From assembly GCA_030704615.1 (NCBI GenBank), contig CM060731.1, positions 47,244,001 through 47,308,000 of the forward strand: a stretch of 64,000 nt of DNA, read 5' to 3'. The translations under genes and the position numbers were made by a program. The notes beneath the pieces were generated by a model. It was not told the origin of the DNA. It searched no databases and was given only the letters and a program-made list of their open reading frames with translations. The stretch is from Takakia lepidozioides. Its lineage: Eukaryota; Plantae; Bryophyta. Below, piece by piece: positions 1-12,484 of the stretch. The stretch's first letter is position 1; each line of letters begins with the position of its first letter.

Positions 1-1622
1 ACTCGTGCACCCATGAATGTCACCATCCCTGCTATGACCCAGAAAATGGTCAAATCTGGTCTGGCCTTTTTGTGCCCAGCTGCTCATTTCCTGGAAGTAG
101 AAGGTTGGAGAAGACTGCTCTCAAGCATTGTTTGTGCAAACCAACATAACACTAGTTTTGATCTTAAACAAATTCTCGAAGCAAATCATTTAGCAATTGC
201 AGTCAAGAAGTCTGCGATTAGGACTGCATTACAAATCAGTCCAAGAATGGTTGTCACACTATGGTTGCTAGCACCTCTTCAGTAATAAGTTGTCGTTGAT
301 GAACTTGTCCCTGAGAACTCTAGTTGTTTCCTTGATACCATGATGACATTTAGATGGATGTACATGATTCTTTTTAGGGCCCACCCCTCTCTCGAAAGAG
401 GCTACTAGGGGCGATAGACAAAAGGTGAGAAGGATCTTAGAGCCTCTTTACACTAGAGTGGAATTTGACAATTTGGCTTGTGTCATGTCAACTGGACGCT
501 CAAGTGATCTTTCAATTAAACTCCCGTGTGAAGTGCCCAAGTAACGCTTTGGTTCAAACCACCCAATGACAAGAGTGGAGAGAGAAGGGAAAAAGAATCT
601 CACTTTTCATATGGCAATGTCATCTCATTGAAGTGACGGAGTGTAAAATGCCCAATTGACACTTGAAGTTTTCAATCCAATAGTCTTTGTAGGCAAGCAC
701 CGTGATGCGCAGAGTAAGTCTATCTAGGCTGGCTACGGTGCATGCACAGCAAAGGCAAGTGAAGAATGGAGACAATGTTATAAATATGTTTTGACAACTG
801 TGATCTCCTCCCAGCGGGTGTCTTGGAGGCTGTGTCGTCACCCATCAAAGGCTCACAGAAATGATAAAAATGTTTTGTGGATTCTCTGCACGGTCTATCC
901 TCTGGTAAAGAAGTGATGAGGACAACCATTTGGAATTTTTTGTGCCTGCAGGTTTGAAACATGGAAGATGCATTAACCGCAGAGGAAGAAACTGGGTGAG
1001 GAGGGCAAGTTATGCCTCAAGGGCCAAAACCCAGCAATCATATGGTAGCTGGCATACTCTTTGCATAGGGTTTTCTACCTGCATCCCTCACAAACAGTCC
1101 TGTATGAACAATGATCATTGCACAGTGAACTGGGTTGAAAGAGCTGGCGTCTCCCACCTTTTGTGAATCATTTGACAATGCCCCCGTTCATTTCTGTGTC
1201 CCATGTGGCCGTTACATATCTTCATCTCCTCACCAGAGTCCTTTCCATTTACTGTGGATCTATCTGTATAAAACATTCAAGGTAAGATAATCCAAGAGAC
1301 CAGGAATAGTTATTTCAAATTCTATCGTCCTGTTGTTCATCCCTGGCACCAAAGCTCTCTCCAAAGTTTCACAAACCATGCTGCAATCTGTCTGCATTCA
1401 TGGCAGCATGTGAAGCAGTCGCCACAAGACCAAGGAACGCCCACGTGATGAACTAGAATCCCTTCACTTGCAATCTTCTTTCTCGATAGCGACATCAGTT
1501 CTTTTGCGTCGTGCTTGCCGGTGTCGATTGGCTTCCCTATTTCGGCGGAATCTTGTTTGACAAACTCGAGTTGAAGATCTAACGGGGCGGGAGGAAGGGG
1601 GAAGAAGTGCAGAGCAGCTGCG

Positions 1623-4600
1623 ATGGGCTGCACCGCATCCTCCCCTGGTCTTTCTTACCCCTTGACCTTTGCATCATTGGAGTTTTATGGGGTCCTCTAT
1701 CTTTATGGGACGCTCCCGAGGAGAGAGCGAGAGAGATGTACTCACTTAGAGCTGTTCTTTCCATGGTTAAAGAGCATACAGAGGACAGATGAAAGATCGA
1801 TAGGAGGGGAAATAAGCTGACTGCAAGTCGTGCGTAAAGGCACTTTTCCTTTGGATGGACGAAGGAAGAGCCGAGAGATATAGACTCTTAGATTCATTCT
1901 TTCTGTCAAAGTGTTCCAAATCTGGATTGACTTGATGACAAGATTTGAATTCCAGCGGAAGAGTCTGTTAGTCATTTGTCAAACTGGGTTAAAGATATCG
2001 AATTCCTCTAGAAGACTGTTACCATTCGTACTGCTGGCCAGGGTTTGGGTAGAAGCACACGCAGTACCGCAGTCCCTTTAACACTGGAGCTGGTTACGAC
2101 ATTTTTGGGCTATCCAGTAGCCAGGATAGCTGCACCTTCGTCAGGTTGAAAGGAACCATCAAACGGCTTTAACCTAACACATGCGCCTGTGAAGTGGCTT
2201 CAGCAGTTCTGTTGTGTTTTGGTAACATTTTGTGCCTCTACCTTTGTGGTCCAGCTGTACAAAAGGGTAATTTGTGCTATACAGAACTGATTGTTGGAGA
2301 GTTAGAGGGTTGGTCTTTAACCGTTGAAAAACTGATGTGCTTAGCTATGGGTGGGGCAGCCAAAGCATCTGGCCATTTGAAAGGAGTCAACTCTGATACA
2401 TCCGAGGGTTTCGACTCTAAGAATCTGCGCATCAAGGTATGGTCTTCTAATGTGGAATCTCAACTGTCTTCCGTCTGTCTGTCTCTCCTGCCCTTTGTCT
2501 TCACAGTGTGATTGCCAGTGCAACCACAGCCACATTGAACACATTTGTTGTCAGCTACAGTGAGCAATGGTGTTGGAAGCAGGGTCCTGCTTTTTGGTAT
2601 ATTTGACGCCAGCACATAAGTCAATATTGCAGCCCTAACTACGTGCAATCAACAAATGACCCCTACCAAGATGTGTTTAGTACTGTGCATGTGTGCACCA
2701 TGCACCTATAACTGGTACCCGGCGGCAACTATGAGGAAAAATTTGTAATGTTTTGTGGGACAGTCAGTTAGAAAACTCTCCTCTGCCTCCCTCTCCACTT
2801 GTCATGGATTGCTTTTCTGTTTCCTCATGCCATTCCTATAGGATGGTATTCTCTTATCCCTACTTTAACAAGTGCATGTCTACTTGTTTTTCCAGTTTTA
2901 ATTTGGTAATTGTCCTTCGCCCATCGCAGTTAGTGTTGCTGGGGGACTCAGGGGTGGGCAAGAGTTGTATTGTGCTGCGGTTTGTGCGTGGTCAGTTTGA
3001 CCCCACCTCTAAGGTACAGTCCTACCCACTTCGGTCCAGCATTAGACTAATCCTCACCCTTCCAGCAGGCCTTTTCGTGTAGTTTTGCTCAAATGCTTGC
3101 TTTCCCAAGCCAAGTTTCAGGTCCTACTTCAGAAGGGTTGGCAATTGCTGAGTGTTTCGATTAGCGCCAAGTGCTAGCTGACAGCAGCTTTAATAGGACC
3201 ACATGCTCCTGGAGAGCTTTGTTGCCCTGTGGAGAACAAGTACCTCTGGCACAACCGAAATTAACTTATGCGCGAACACAAGCAGAGAACAGTGTTTTTT
3301 CTTCCATGCTGGGAACTCCTCACCCACCTCAGTACACTTTTATGAGGCAATTCAAGTCTGACATATATATTGCAGACAAAATGGCCCGGCAAACCAGAAG
3401 TCAACAAAGCTGTCGAAGATAGAAAACATGCTAGCAAATCAAACGTATTACAGCACATCTGCATACGGAAGAAATCTTGTTGCTCACCTGAGGACCAATG
3501 TCTTCTGCAACAGGACGTGGGCCATCCAAATGTATGAGAAGACATGATTTCAACTGCAACACACTGCAAATTACAAGAGAGAGAAGTCTAGAAAGTCAAG
3601 GATATTTTGCGATTAACCATATATCAATGTGAGAGCCTAGTTAACTCTGACATCACATTGGAGAGGTAACCAAAGCTTCAATGCCCCAGTTGTTAATCCT
3701 TGATTACATAGATGAAATTCCTACTTGTAATTGCCCTCTTTGAATATTTAGTTTGCTAGCGTGTTTTGGGGTGTGACTAAATGAACGAAGTCTTTGAAGC
3801 ATCCCCTGCTCCTGTTAGCTTGATAGATCGAAACTGAGGCTGTGGAAGCGTTGGGGTTTGTAGGTCACAGTGGGGGCATCCTTTCTCTCACAGACAATTG
3901 CTTTGCAAGACTCTACCACCATCAAGTTTGAGATCTGGGACACTGCAGGCCAAGAAAGGTCTGCTGGCTCATGTGCCTACTGTTCAGGCAAAATATAGTA
4001 TTTTCGGTCTGAGAAGTGGGAAGGATGTACTTGTCTTTGGCCCCATCTTTGGTTTTGTGAGTGCTGGTGCTGTATTTTCCTTTCCTCACTTCACCCTGTT
4101 AGTGTAGATTTCTTTGTTACTTCTAACTATGGTTCCTAGTACTGGGTTGGGTCCATGTTTGTCTTTCAAAATGACAGATTGCATCCTGTATTTGCCCACA
4201 GGTATGCATCATTGGCACCTCTGTATTATCGGGGAGCAGCAGCTGCGGTGGTTGTGTATGACATCACTAGTCCTGAAACGTTTCACAAAGCCCAGTTTTG
4301 GGTTAAGGTTTTCTCCCTTCCCACCTTTGTCACCATCATGAGCTAGACATCTGCTACACTACATGTTTGTCAGCACAAGGCATGTGCATTCAGCATAGTG
4401 TCCACTGGAACTCTTTGCATGCCACCTTTTGGCATTGGCTAGATAGACTCGTACCTACAGATTTTTTATTTGTGATCAATCTCTGCTATAACAGGAGCTC
4501 CAAAAACATGGCAGTCCTAGCATTGTGATGGCATTAGTCGGCAACAAGGCTGACCTTCAAGATGCTCGCTCAGTTTCACAGGAAGTAAGTTTTCTTCTCT

Positions 4601-5769
4601 GAACTTTGAGTCCAGAGATTGGCCCTGGATATAGTAATAGGCAGGGAATTAGAAGAAGCTCAGTCCCCACCTCACCCACTTCGCCCGTGGTGCAATGTAA
4701 GCAGATTCTGTCTTTACGAGCTGTCCCAGCCCATCTGCCTGTCTTCTGAAGAGGCTGTGGAGACCACTCTAAACTTTCCCAGGGCCCTAGGATGAGAAGT
4801 AGAGAATTGAGCTAAGAGATATAAGGCCATGATAATTCAATCATCTCGAATGACCCAGGACATCATCCTTATAGAATTGTTTTTTTGGATCTTTCACATC
4901 CTTTCGCATATGGAAGTTGATTAGGTCCTCTCAGGTCAGGCTGTTCTTCTCCTGTTTGGTGCGGAAGACATCTGTTGTGGGTGAAAAGGAGGCGAGTCTC
5001 CAATTTACTCATGTACTCAAGGGAGAGAGTATCCAACTCTGCCCACATAACTGGTCCTGATGCGTTGCTCTTAGCTCCTAACATATCTGCACAGGAAGCA
5101 GTGTTGAAGTGGCTCCATGTTTGTCTTCCCTTGCTCCCTGGTGAGCTTAGGAACCCAATTCTCAAGGCACCAGGTGTAACAACTGAATTTAGAGCCATTT
5201 TCAGAGAGCAGTTGCTTGCAGGTTTTTGCACCTCCTGAAGCTTGCTGTGATTTCTCATTCATGCATCATCATGATTCACTGCGGTAATAATGAGGATGCA
5301 GTCTGGAAATCTTTCACCTGAAGCTTGTGTTTGTGTTACAGGAAGCCCAAGCATATGCGGATAGCAATGGCATGTTTTTCATAGAGACTTCTGCCAAAAC
5401 AGCAGACAATGTCAACCAACTATTTGAGGTAGCATACCCCCAATAAGGCGTACTTGTACTATCACTCAGTGTCAATTGGTGTACATGCCTGCCGACATAC
5501 TATGTTAAATAGTTTGACTTGCAGACACTAGACTCAGTTGAAATATCTCCTGTAGACCCATTTCATAGGGACTACCTTATGAATGCCCCACAGCACAGGA
5601 CACTCTCCAAGAGAAGTCTAGTTTGTGGGTGCAACCATAGTTTGTCAGATGTTCAGGATTGTTGAGTGATTCACCAATAACCGCAGGGCCTGAATGTTGG
5701 GTTGGTTCAATTTGGCAGGAAATTGCTAAGAGGTTACCTCGGGGACAACCAAGCTCAATGAGGCTTTAG
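1623..5769 (+). CDS. RABF1: Plant-specific Rab5-type GTPase RabF1/ARA6, 8 exons, 209 aa
   Basis: Exons 1623-1647, 2345-2436, 2930-3013, 3864-3958, 4202-4307, 4495-4584, 5342-5428, 5719-5769; all introns GT-AG and phase-consistent (630 nt). N-terminal MGC (myristoylation/palmitoylation); [20 protein letters not shown] and ETSAK motifs; no C-terminal cysteines, as in ARA6. Confidence 0.96.
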
Positions 5770-6347
5770 GTTGGGGCAGTGGAAATGTTTGGAGAAATTT
5801 GGCAGTAGACCCCTGTTGTCTCACTAGTGCCGAATTTCAACCTTGTAAATAGTGTATTAAGTGCCCTTAGGTGCAATCATCATTTTAAGACAAAAGGTCA
5901 GTGATTGCTAGTCCATCTGGAAGACTGCATACAAATCTGAAGTCTCTCTCTCTTTATACCAAGGCAATCAAACTCTACTGAGTACGTTTCTGTCTCTCTC
6001 TCTCTCTCCACAAACACAAACTAATGAGCTAGCACTGTATGAGTTTATATTTGCACTGTTTCTTAAAGACTCCCAAAGTTGTGCGTTTGTCATACGATGC
6101 CTCTCATTTGGCCATTAAAGCCATGGGCATTGATTGTTGTGTCCCTGTCTGGAGCGATGGCTATTGCCACAGTGCTGAGAATTTTGTGTAACTACGAAAT
6201 CTGTCATGTTCCAAGCAGATGAACTGGTAAAGATGCCAGTGGCCATGAGGTCACAAGTGTCGTTCCAGGTTTTGTTGCGGGCCACAAGGTTGTGACAAAC
6301 CACCTCTCTTCTGCTGTTTAAGCTTGGGAGCTATGAAATCTACGAGT

Positions 6348-6887
6348 TCAGTTCAGATACCTTGGTGGGTAGTGATATTGACAACGGTTGCACATCATTG
6401 CAATAGTGATGGTTTGTAACATGGTTGTGTTGTTATCATACATCTTCTGTATGACATAAGGTCCTTTCCATGGTGACTTAAGCTTAGAAACTTTGATCTT
6501 TCCCTTCTTATGCAACCACAGTACCAAATCGCCCGTCTTAAAAGTTTTCAATTTACCTTCATCAAATTGATCCTTCCTCTTCATCTGAATTCTGGTCATG
6601 TTATCTGCTGCATCCGCACGTACTTCTTCCACAGGTGCTGCAGTACCCTTGCCCTTTACCCCTTTAATTTCTGTCACAGGTCTGGGCATAACCTGCACAT
6701 CAGGGATTTTCTTGGGCAGACTCTGTATCTTTGGTACCATGGGGTCTCCGACCATACCAGAGTTTTCATAGAGAAGATTGCCCTTCTCAATTTCTGCCAC
6801 TACCTGCTCTGTAGTGGGGATGTCCAATCCCTCTCTCTCCACAGTAAGAGGCTCCGGTGTAACAGCAAGTCCAGTCTGAGTTACCAC
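6348..6887 (-). mobile_element. Ty3/Gypsy LTR-retrotransposon fragment (integrase C-terminal GPY/F region)
   Basis: ORF contains FKTGDLVLW...KLKSPWKGPYVIQKMYDNNT, typical of the Gypsy integrase tail. No RT/RH or LTR pair recognised. Confidence 0.65.
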
Positions 6888-7880
6888 CGGGGCAACTTGG
6901 TCAGCTTGCTGTGCTGGCCGTGCAGTATTCGCAGATTATAGGCTTCAAAGTTGTGGACCCAATAAATGGGGGATAGATAAGATATGACCACCTAGTGGAA
7001 ATGATGAAGAGGAGAAGAATATTGCGTCATCTGTGGTTTCGAGCTTCATAAAAGTGAAACCGGAGGAATGTAAAAGTTACAATGAAAGTGTGTTCAAAGA
7101 CCAGCGAATTACATATCTAATCTACCCACTTATGAGACATATATACAATACCACTCTCTCAAATGGAGAGTACAACAGGCACATGAGAAAAACTAGATTT
7201 GACAGGCAGCCCAGCGCCTCTCCATGGCATCTTGTCGGTCTCGCAGGGGCGTCATAAACAGTGGAAAAGACATTTGTTTCACCAAGGTTTAACAGTAGAT
7301 AAGGCCTAGTAGGTTATGCTTGGTAGAGGTCCGGAACCCACTATACAAGCTTGCACAGAGAACATCATTCAGGTCAAATCAGACTTTGGTTATGTTTACC
7401 AGCCAGTGTGAAGCTGATGGATTGAAAACTCATGTTTCAGTTGAGTGAATGTTGACAAGGTTGCCAACCCATCATCCATCTTCTAGCTGTAACGAACAGA
7501 TCTCATGTTCATGCCAACTTTTTGGGCTCAAAAACTGGACTGCTGTGCACTAACCTCTTTGAAGCTACAAAGTCACTTTCCAATGAGCTTTGAGTATGAT
7601 CATGGCTCTTACACAGCTTTGTGCTTTGAACTCTTGGGAAAACATCACAAACGTACTGTTCTCATCCTCAAAAAAGCAAAAATCTTCACAACTACCACCG
7701 CTGAGTGCAGGCAGAGGACAAGATGTGGCAGCGGCCCCGTACCTAAGCGTTAGGTGCAAAGCATGGCCATCCTTGTTACCTTTCAGACGGGCTAGGGAGT
7801 CAGGGACTACACCGAAAGAGGCCAGATTCACTTGCAGCTCCGAGTGTCACTTTGTAGACATGAACACTTATTCGAAGGGC

Positions 7881-8358
7881 CAGTGTTATACCGCAGGCAA
7901 GTGCTAACCGGGATAGCCGGTTAGCACTTGCCTGCCTAATAATTATTTTTTAGGCCATTTGGCAGTTAGGCATCTTTTTGAGAAAAGTTTCTAAATTAGG
8001 CATCTTGGATGTGTAATTTTTTTAAAATTAGGCAACTAAAAGTAATGATCACAAAATGAAAACACAAAAATATGAAAATACAGCCACCGCCATGGATGAA
8101 AATTGAAAACTGAGTCCATGGATGACGTTCTAAATGAATATCATTTTTAGATTTGTTTTGTATTTTAGATTTGTTTTTCTAATTTAAATTCAAGTTTTTA
8201 TACCATAGGCACTTTTAGAGAAACTTTTGAAAATTACGCACTCTTTGAAGATAATTTTCTTAAATTAGGCACTCTCGTCGAAAATAATTTATTTTGATTA
8301 GGCACTTTTTTCTTGAATTAATTTCTGCCTAACCAGCTATCCGACTACGGTAACCTAG
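7881..8358. mobile_element. Non-autonomous hAT-like DNA transposon / MITE remnant
   Basis: Starts CAGTGTT; AT-rich body with about eight TAGGCA(C) motifs; the reverse complement of the right end (taccgtag..ggatagctggttagg) resembles the left end (taccgcag..ggatagccggttagc). No TSD seen. Confidence 0.5.
7893..7935. repeat. Perfect 19-bp inverted repeat with 5-nt loop
   Basis: gcaggcaagtgctaaccgg-gatag-ccggttagcacttgcctgc read directly. Confidence 0.95.
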
Positions 8359-9422
8359 TGTTATCATATTTTGTACCCCCCAAGATTTTACAAAGCAAGT
8401 GGTAAGTGTTATGATGTTTTTATACTCCCTTCTGACTTCTGACCCTTAAAGTTAACTTTCTTCAAATGCAGATATGTATGACCAGACAAACTTGGTCTAA
8501 GGTCATGACACATATCAAGCAACCTCTCAGCTCTTTAATTTTACTCAACATGGGGATCATTCAAACTCTTTAATTTCACTAGGTACTATGGAACCATTAG
8601 CAGAAGTAGAGGTTGCGGTTCTTCTTGTGCCTTGTTCAACTGTTTGCGAATATTCATATTTTCTTGGAGCAACAAGATGAAAATGATAAAAAATTGCCTA
8701 GCCTTAGATAAGGATATCACTAAGGTACAAGTTCAAAACTATCAACAATCAACATTGGATTCTCACCTTGCACTTGACCGGGTGGCCCAGTGGTTTGGGT
8801 ATTTGGTGTCTTGCCTGTGCATAACCTGGGTGATCCTTGGTTCAATCCTTCAACATGTGCCTTCAACCATTCATTGGCTGTGGGTTGTGTGTTGAGCAGC
8901 AGACTCTGTAAAGTCATTGGACAAACTTTACTTTACTTTGTTGTTGATGAGCCTCACTGATAGATATAAAACCATTTTCTTTCGGTTCCGATTTCCAAGC
9001 TCTGTGTAAGTGTTCTTCTATAACTTGGTGTGGTTTTAGAAAGATTCACAAAAAAATCAGAAGAAGAAGAAGAAGAAGAAGAAAGATTCCTATTCTATGT
9101 ATATCAAAGTTATGCTTTACATTTTCTCTACTCCCGAGGTGTAACACATGTAGAGCATATCCGATAGACTGTATATCAGTGTACGGGCTTTCCCTGTGCA
9201 AATAAGTTCGCTAAAAGATATGCATTGCATTGTGGGCTTCTCAGCGTACCAGTCTGACATTTTGAATCATTGGGCCCACCAACAACGGGACTGCCATGAA
9301 TGAGTCATCTGCTGAAGCGGGATATATGCAGATCCGCAGTTTGCTTCACCACCCTTTTCTCCCCTCCTTTCTCTCGTCTGCCCTCCGCTCTCCTTCTTGC
9401 AATGGAGATTTTGCAAATGCCC

Positions 9423-10107
9423 ATGGCTGGAAGAGCGCACATAGCTTTGCTGGTCGCAGCCGCGGTCCTTTTGGGGATGGTTGCAATGGTGAACTCGGTG
9501 CAAGAAGTTATACGGCTTCAGGACACCTTGGTGTTTGACAACCAGACTCCGTATGGCGTCGTGATCGATTCAGTTTTCGTGCCTCGGTGGGGAGTGGGTG
9601 TGGTGAGCTGTAAAGACTTCAGCAGAGTGTACTTCACAGTGTGGACGTCGACGGACGAGCTCTATACACACATGAATCTCACAGACGTGACACTATCAAT
9701 AGCGCTCAAAGTGCAAGCGGGCGGGGATGTTGCCTATATCACGATTTGGGATAACAGTAACGGGGTCCCTATCTGCGGATGGTAAGCAACAATGTACCGC
9801 TGTTATCTCGTTTTTAAGTCTCTGATCATGCAGTCTCACTCTGCGTTCATACTAACCAGAACATTTGTGTCCGTACAGCTCCGAGAGAGTTCGGGAAAAT
9901 GCGGTCGTCTTTGCTTGCAAGAACAATCTCTTAACTGACATAAACTACTTACTTGAATCAATTCTTTCTCATGCTCCACATCCATGCTCTTTTAGTTTAC
10001 TACGATGGGAATGGAAGACTAGTGGTGAGTGCGAATTTCAAAACCCGAGGAACTCTGCCATTTTCGTCTGTAGGTCATCGGGATGCTTACATATATGTGA
10101 TTCATGA
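9423..10107 (+). CDS. Putative secreted beta-rich protein of unknown family (3' structure uncertain)
   Basis: Signal-peptide-like MAGRAHIALLVAAAVLLGMVAMVNS (upstream ATGs at 9300, 9402, 9417). Donor GTAAGC at 9782, branch ACTAAC at 9851, acceptor CAG 9876-9878, in phase with ORF 9865-10107. Confidence 0.5.
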
Positions 10108-11399
10108 ATACCAGACTGATCAGTGGAGGATTGTGGTCGTGGTCGTACTCTTACAATACGCATGAAATCAGTAGTTGTAATTCACTGCCATCTCGCCAGT
10201 GCAATGTCATTGTCTTTTTCGAGCAAGTTTATAGGTTGAATGAAATAACTTACTCCCTCACGTTGGTTGATCGACAGGGCATTTAACAGTCCGGCAAGTT
10301 TGCCCGAGCCTCTGCCACAATCATCAACCCTAGCGTCTGACAGCATCTGGGACTCCCTGGGAGCATCACTGTTTTCCCCATGCCCAAACGTTCCAGCACC
10401 TGTGCAATGAGACATGCGGAGGATTATGTACACTCGAGATAATAGCTTGGACGGTGGTAAGATATATTAGGCAACTCGCGCGGAATTTGCTTACCAGTGG
10501 GCAGTCTAACCATATAGAATCAGCTCGACCTAAGGGCTGAAGGGAGCACGACACACCAATGCAAGCGAAGCTACGCCCTGATTGTGGGTAGGGCAATGTG
10601 TGTGGCTTGTGTGGAGTGGGGAGGCTGTTTTCAAGCTCTAAGCTAGATGCAATTGCAAAAGACCATTATCTTGACCACCAACGCTCCGTGTTGTCAGCGC
10701 TTCTGACACTGATCGATATTGGGTGGCAGGAATATCCTTGCCATAAAGAGAGCTTCTGGCACCATTTCGATATTGGTGGCAGGAATTGGCTTGCCAAATT
10801 GAAGACTGCCCCGACGATTTCACCCCGCAGGTGTTGATGTTTGAATCATTCCTCCACCTGAATTCTGTAATCTGAATCCATTCTTCTTGAGTTTGAATCA
10901 GTCTTCTACCTTGAATTCGAAGTGAGACCAGTAGTCGCTTGCATCCTCGTCATGGTCTCTCTCTCTCTCTCTCTCTCCCTGCCAACACACAGGTTTTGAC
11001 TGTTCCCTTAACGTGAGATTGCTTCCAATCCAGAAGAGCAAGAGGCACAGAGTTCAAATTGGTCGTGCTTCTCTCCAAGTTCTTAGTTGCAAGACTACAG
11101 TTCATGATGTGTCTATTGGGTGGAAGGTGAAACACGAATATCACATTGGGTCTTTTTTTATCCGTGTTTTTTTTGGGGGCTGCCCAACCGATGTTATGTT
11201 GGTTTTACTGCAGTCACTTCAATGTTATAAGTATGTGGAGTGTGTTGAGATGGCAGAGATTATCCATTCTTCCATCCATGATATTATTGTCCATCTCAGG
11301 AAGTACAAAGATTGTAGAGCTTCAGGCCTCACACTTTTGCTTTGTTTTCTGAAGAAGCCTGTTGTAATTAAATTTATACGAATATATTTTATAAGTGAT

Positions 11400-12200
11400 C
11401 AGATCAAATATGACGATGCTGCACTCCCAGATTTCAAATTTGGCCTTTATGCTCTTCATAAACATAGTACAAGTTGAGATAGAAGTCCCCGCAAACCAGA
11501 TGGGATAATTGCTCTCATGGTTGAAATTCAAAAGGTGAGGAAAAGCCATCAACTACTATAGAAAGCATACAATTCTGCACCAAATATCAAATAATGCATT
11601 GTTCCATTCAAGCTCAGCACACACCATAAAACATGCACAGCCTTGTTGCATTGCACACAGGTTTTCCGATTGCTTTTGGCAATACTAGCCTAGGAAATTT
11701 CCAAGAGCACATAGGTGTTGCAATCTTAAGACTAGTATTAATGCATGGAATACATGCAAGCCCTGCCCCATTGATATTATGAAACAGTCATGTCCTTGGA
11801 TAGAGCGCAAGTGCCACCAAGATGATTCTGGGTTCATATCCTGCTACCTTGTCCCGTGTGGTATAATCTTCTCCCTCTTCCCTTGGGCGGTGTTTCCCTG
11901 AGCCTTGCATGCCTCATGGCAAGGTTACTTTGAAAGAGGTCATTTTCTCCTCTTACTATAATTAAGGGGCCTGGGTTGTGGGCAGTTGCTCGCTGGTGTT
12001 TCCTTTTCCAAAACACCACTCGACTGCAGCCTTGTCTGTTCCACCTCATTTGAAATTTCAGAGACTTTTCCTATGTAGAATGCTTAGTAACTTCACTCCA
12101 TGCAGGCCACCTGACCTAATCGGTGACAATCTTAAACATTGCACAACTTTGCAAAAAGAATGCCTCTCTACATATGGCAAAGCCCATCAGATGCATGAAC
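11400..12200 (-). mobile_element. Highly degenerate L1-type LINE 3' remnant (boundaries approximate)
   Basis: Minus-strand fragments resemble the post-RT 'lc.pk..GGLg' motif (CLRLSPIRSGGLHG) and a Cys/His zf-RVT-like segment; many stops. Confidence 0.3.
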
Positions 12201-12484
12201 TGGACAGAAGGACATAAAATTACACAAGCTCTAATCTATAGCTGAGCACCAGACTTCGGATATTCAGACAGTGATCTCCCGTGGTCTGGTTCTCAAAGAG
12301 ACAATGGGATGCTAACCATTGTGTGGCCAGCACCCTGGTGGCCAAAATGTGGTCCTCAGTAGGGAGATGGATTGAAGCTGGGAGGTGTACACCAGTTTTG
12401 TGTTACAGACTTCTGGTAACAGTGTCAGGAGGGGTGACACTACATAAAACAAGTCCACAAACCCCAGCTGTAGAAGCCAGGAGA

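Noticed and set aside
1-1300. Possible RT or PPR remnants on the minus strand
   Set aside because: Only 4-6 residue resemblances; not supportable.
5758-5769. RabF1 C-terminal MRL as a peroxisomal PTS1
   Set aside because: Met at -3 is non-canonical, and N-acylation explains targeting.
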